A DNA stretch of 64,000 nucleotides from assembly GCA_017654855.1 (NCBI GenBank), contig CM030335.1, forward strand, positions 2,232,001 to 2,296,000, in the 5' to 3' direction. A program made the position numbers and the translations under genes. Origin of the DNA: Podospora anserina. Lineage: Eukaryota. How positions within the stretch are numbered: the stretch's first letter is position 1; each line of letters begins with the position of its first letter. The notes under the pieces were generated by a model. That model saw only the letters and a list, made by a program, of their open reading frames with translations. It searched no databases and was not told the DNA's origin. Shown here one piece after another: positions 62,308-64,000 of this stretch.

Positions 62308-62525
62308 ATTCGACTATCTTTTCAAGGCCTTTGGGCTCTCTTTTCAATGCCTTTCGACAATCTGTAAAGGTCGATTAACTGTGACTGAATACCTATCATG
62401 TTGTCTTCAAGTCCTGTTGACGATCTTTTCAGGCATACTGGCTATCAGTAAAGGTCTATTTCTTTTCTATCCGCAGCATGGTGACTTACTCAGGAAAAGT
62501 GACAACCTGTTGACTTCTCTATACT
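62308..62525 (+). repeat. Degenerate ~21-bp tandem array of the same family as 32865 and 49475
   Basis: Units gactatcttttcaaggcc, ggctctcttttcaatgcc, gacaatctgtaaaggtc, gacgatcttttcaggca and ggctatcagtaaaggtc. Confidence 0.7.
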
Positions 62526-63224
62526 TCGCCAGGTACACGTTCAGGCACCAACGTCATCCGCGGGGGTCTAATCTGCATTTCTATCCAGCTCCCAGTCCTC
62601 TCCCACAGCATTGAACTCCCCTCTCAACATCATGTGAGAGTGGTCACAAGGTCAGTTGGATTTTTCCTCCTCCTCAATTCAGCGTAATGATTGGTTACTT
62701 CATCGCACTGTGCCATAATGTACCTACTTGGAGAAGTTGGGGTAAGTAAGACTCGGGGTTCTTCCAAGCTCTCTGTATGGTGATGACGATGTTGACTTTC
62801 TGCGGGGTACCTGTAAAACCAAGGCTGTATTCATTTGTTGAAAAGTATCTGTAAAGGAAAATACCTAGTAGGTATAGACATCGCACAAAGACATACGTGG
62901 GCTGTCGAAAGCTGATGATGCACTTCCTAAGGTATGCTCACTATACAACATAATGCTTCCGATATATGAGAGTATTCTCATGCCAGTGTATGCTTCCTCC
63001 ATGCTCATGCCATGCTGTCATGCTGTCATGCTCTAGTATATCCCTTGAGACCGCTTGCTATACCTGTTTCCCTTGCCTTGTTGCCAATGACACCCAAACA
63101 CCCCTGTATAATACAAAACTTTAACCTGATAACCTCTATCCTAGACTGAATCCCCAATAATGATTACCAAACATGAATAACAGTATACCCTAACAAACCC
63201 CCTCCCCAAACCATACCCATAATC

Positions 63225-64000
63225 CTAACCCATCAACTCATTCAAAATATCCCTCACCACCGGCCCCCCCTTAGTCAACATCCTCTCCCCAATCCTCTTC
63301 CTCCCCATCGTCGGCTGCTTCGACACCCCCCCCCTAATATTCTCCTTATTCCTATCCCCGACCCTATTCACCCCCACCCCCCCAGCAACAAACCTCTCTA
63401 TCAACTTCCTCCCCTTCAACGGACTCTCCTCCACCATCTTCTTCACCACCGCCGACCTCCTCACCGGCGTCCTCCCCTTCGCCGGACTCAAATAATCCTC
63501 CACAAACGAAAAATAATGCCCCTCAAACTGCTCCCTCCCCAAATCATACACCCACTGCCTCTGCACCATCAACTCCACAAACCGCTTGATCATGTCCTTC
63601 TCCCCTTCTTGTCCCTGTTGTTGCTCTGACCCCTCCCCCAAAAGCGTCTTCTTACTCCCTACCACCAATAACTTGACCTTCGCCCTGGTAAACGCAACAT
63701 TGATCCTCCTCCAATCCTTCAACAACTCGCCAATGGAGCCAGAGTCATTGCTGCGGACGAGAGAAAGTAAAATAACAGACTTGTCCCGACCTTGAAAACG
63801 ATCGGCGGTGTGCATCTCGACATCTCTCCCCCCGGTGCTTCCCCTCAGGTGGTACTTCAGCAGCGCGAGCTGAGAGCGGTAGTGAGTCATTACTCCGATT
63901 TCTTCCGCGGGGACACCGCACAAAACAAGGGAATCGACCAGCTGGGTGATGATTTTGGCTTCGGTGGGGTTGACGATGCGGTTGCCTTTTGCTTGCTCCT
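63225..64000 (-). CDS. dna2: DNA2 helicase/nuclease, 3' end (SF1 helicase C-terminal domain); 5' part lies outside the window
   Basis: NRIVNPTEA, IGVMTHYRSQL, EMHTADRFQGRDK, SLVRSN and LLKDWRRINVAFTRAK. Confidence 0.9.
   Translation of the reverse strand, partial: EQAKGNRIVNPTEAKIITQLVDSLVLCGVPAEEIGVMTHYRSQLALLKYHLRGSTGGRDVEMHTADRFQGRDKSVILLSLVRSNDSGSIGELLKDWRRINVAFTRAKVKLLVVGSKKTLLGEGSEQQQGQEGEKDMIKRFVELMVQRQWVYDLGREQFEGHYFSFVEDYLSPAKGRTPVRRSAVVKKMVEESPLKGRKLIERFVAGGVGVNRVGDRNKENIRGGVSKQPTMGRKRIGERMLTKGGPVVRDILNELMG

Overview
Eukaryotic DNA from a filamentous ascomycete, most likely Sordariales and Podospora-like. The evidence is short GT-AG introns with CTRAC branch points and genes with C-rich 5' halves and G-rich 3' halves. 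Two blocks of conserved genes flank a ~14 kb accessory island (10.2-24 kb). The left block holds a membrane protein, an FMN-binding PNPOx-like gene, NRAMP, OPI3 and a spermidine-synthase-like methyltransferase. The right block holds a QDE-2-like Argonaute, NDUFB11, BAT1, SCY1, SIR2, PMC1, a PBY1-like SurE-TTL fusion, a hypothetical gene, DUO1, RNH202, MCM10 and the 3' end of DNA2. Main observations: (1) a same-strand array of about 8 diverged copies of an ~87-aa Cys/Trp domain I do not recognise (CxCGxxxC...PNG...PP.F...DW.H.GRP..W.KDW.TG...LMDD) upstream of the Argonaute; its best-preserved two-domain gene is split by a TAG exactly at a conserved Trp, a candidate for A-to-I stop-codon editing or RIP. 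(2) A one-base frameshift in the Argonaute PIWI domain. (3) A 79-bp hAT-type MITE with 26-bp TIRs and an 8-bp TSD. (4) A degenerate 21-bp satellite at three unlinked sites, one inside the SCY1 intron. (5) A possible SurE-only splice isoform of PBY1. (6) An MCB-containing cluster of replication and mitosis genes. All exon structures and family calls were made by eye, without database searches.
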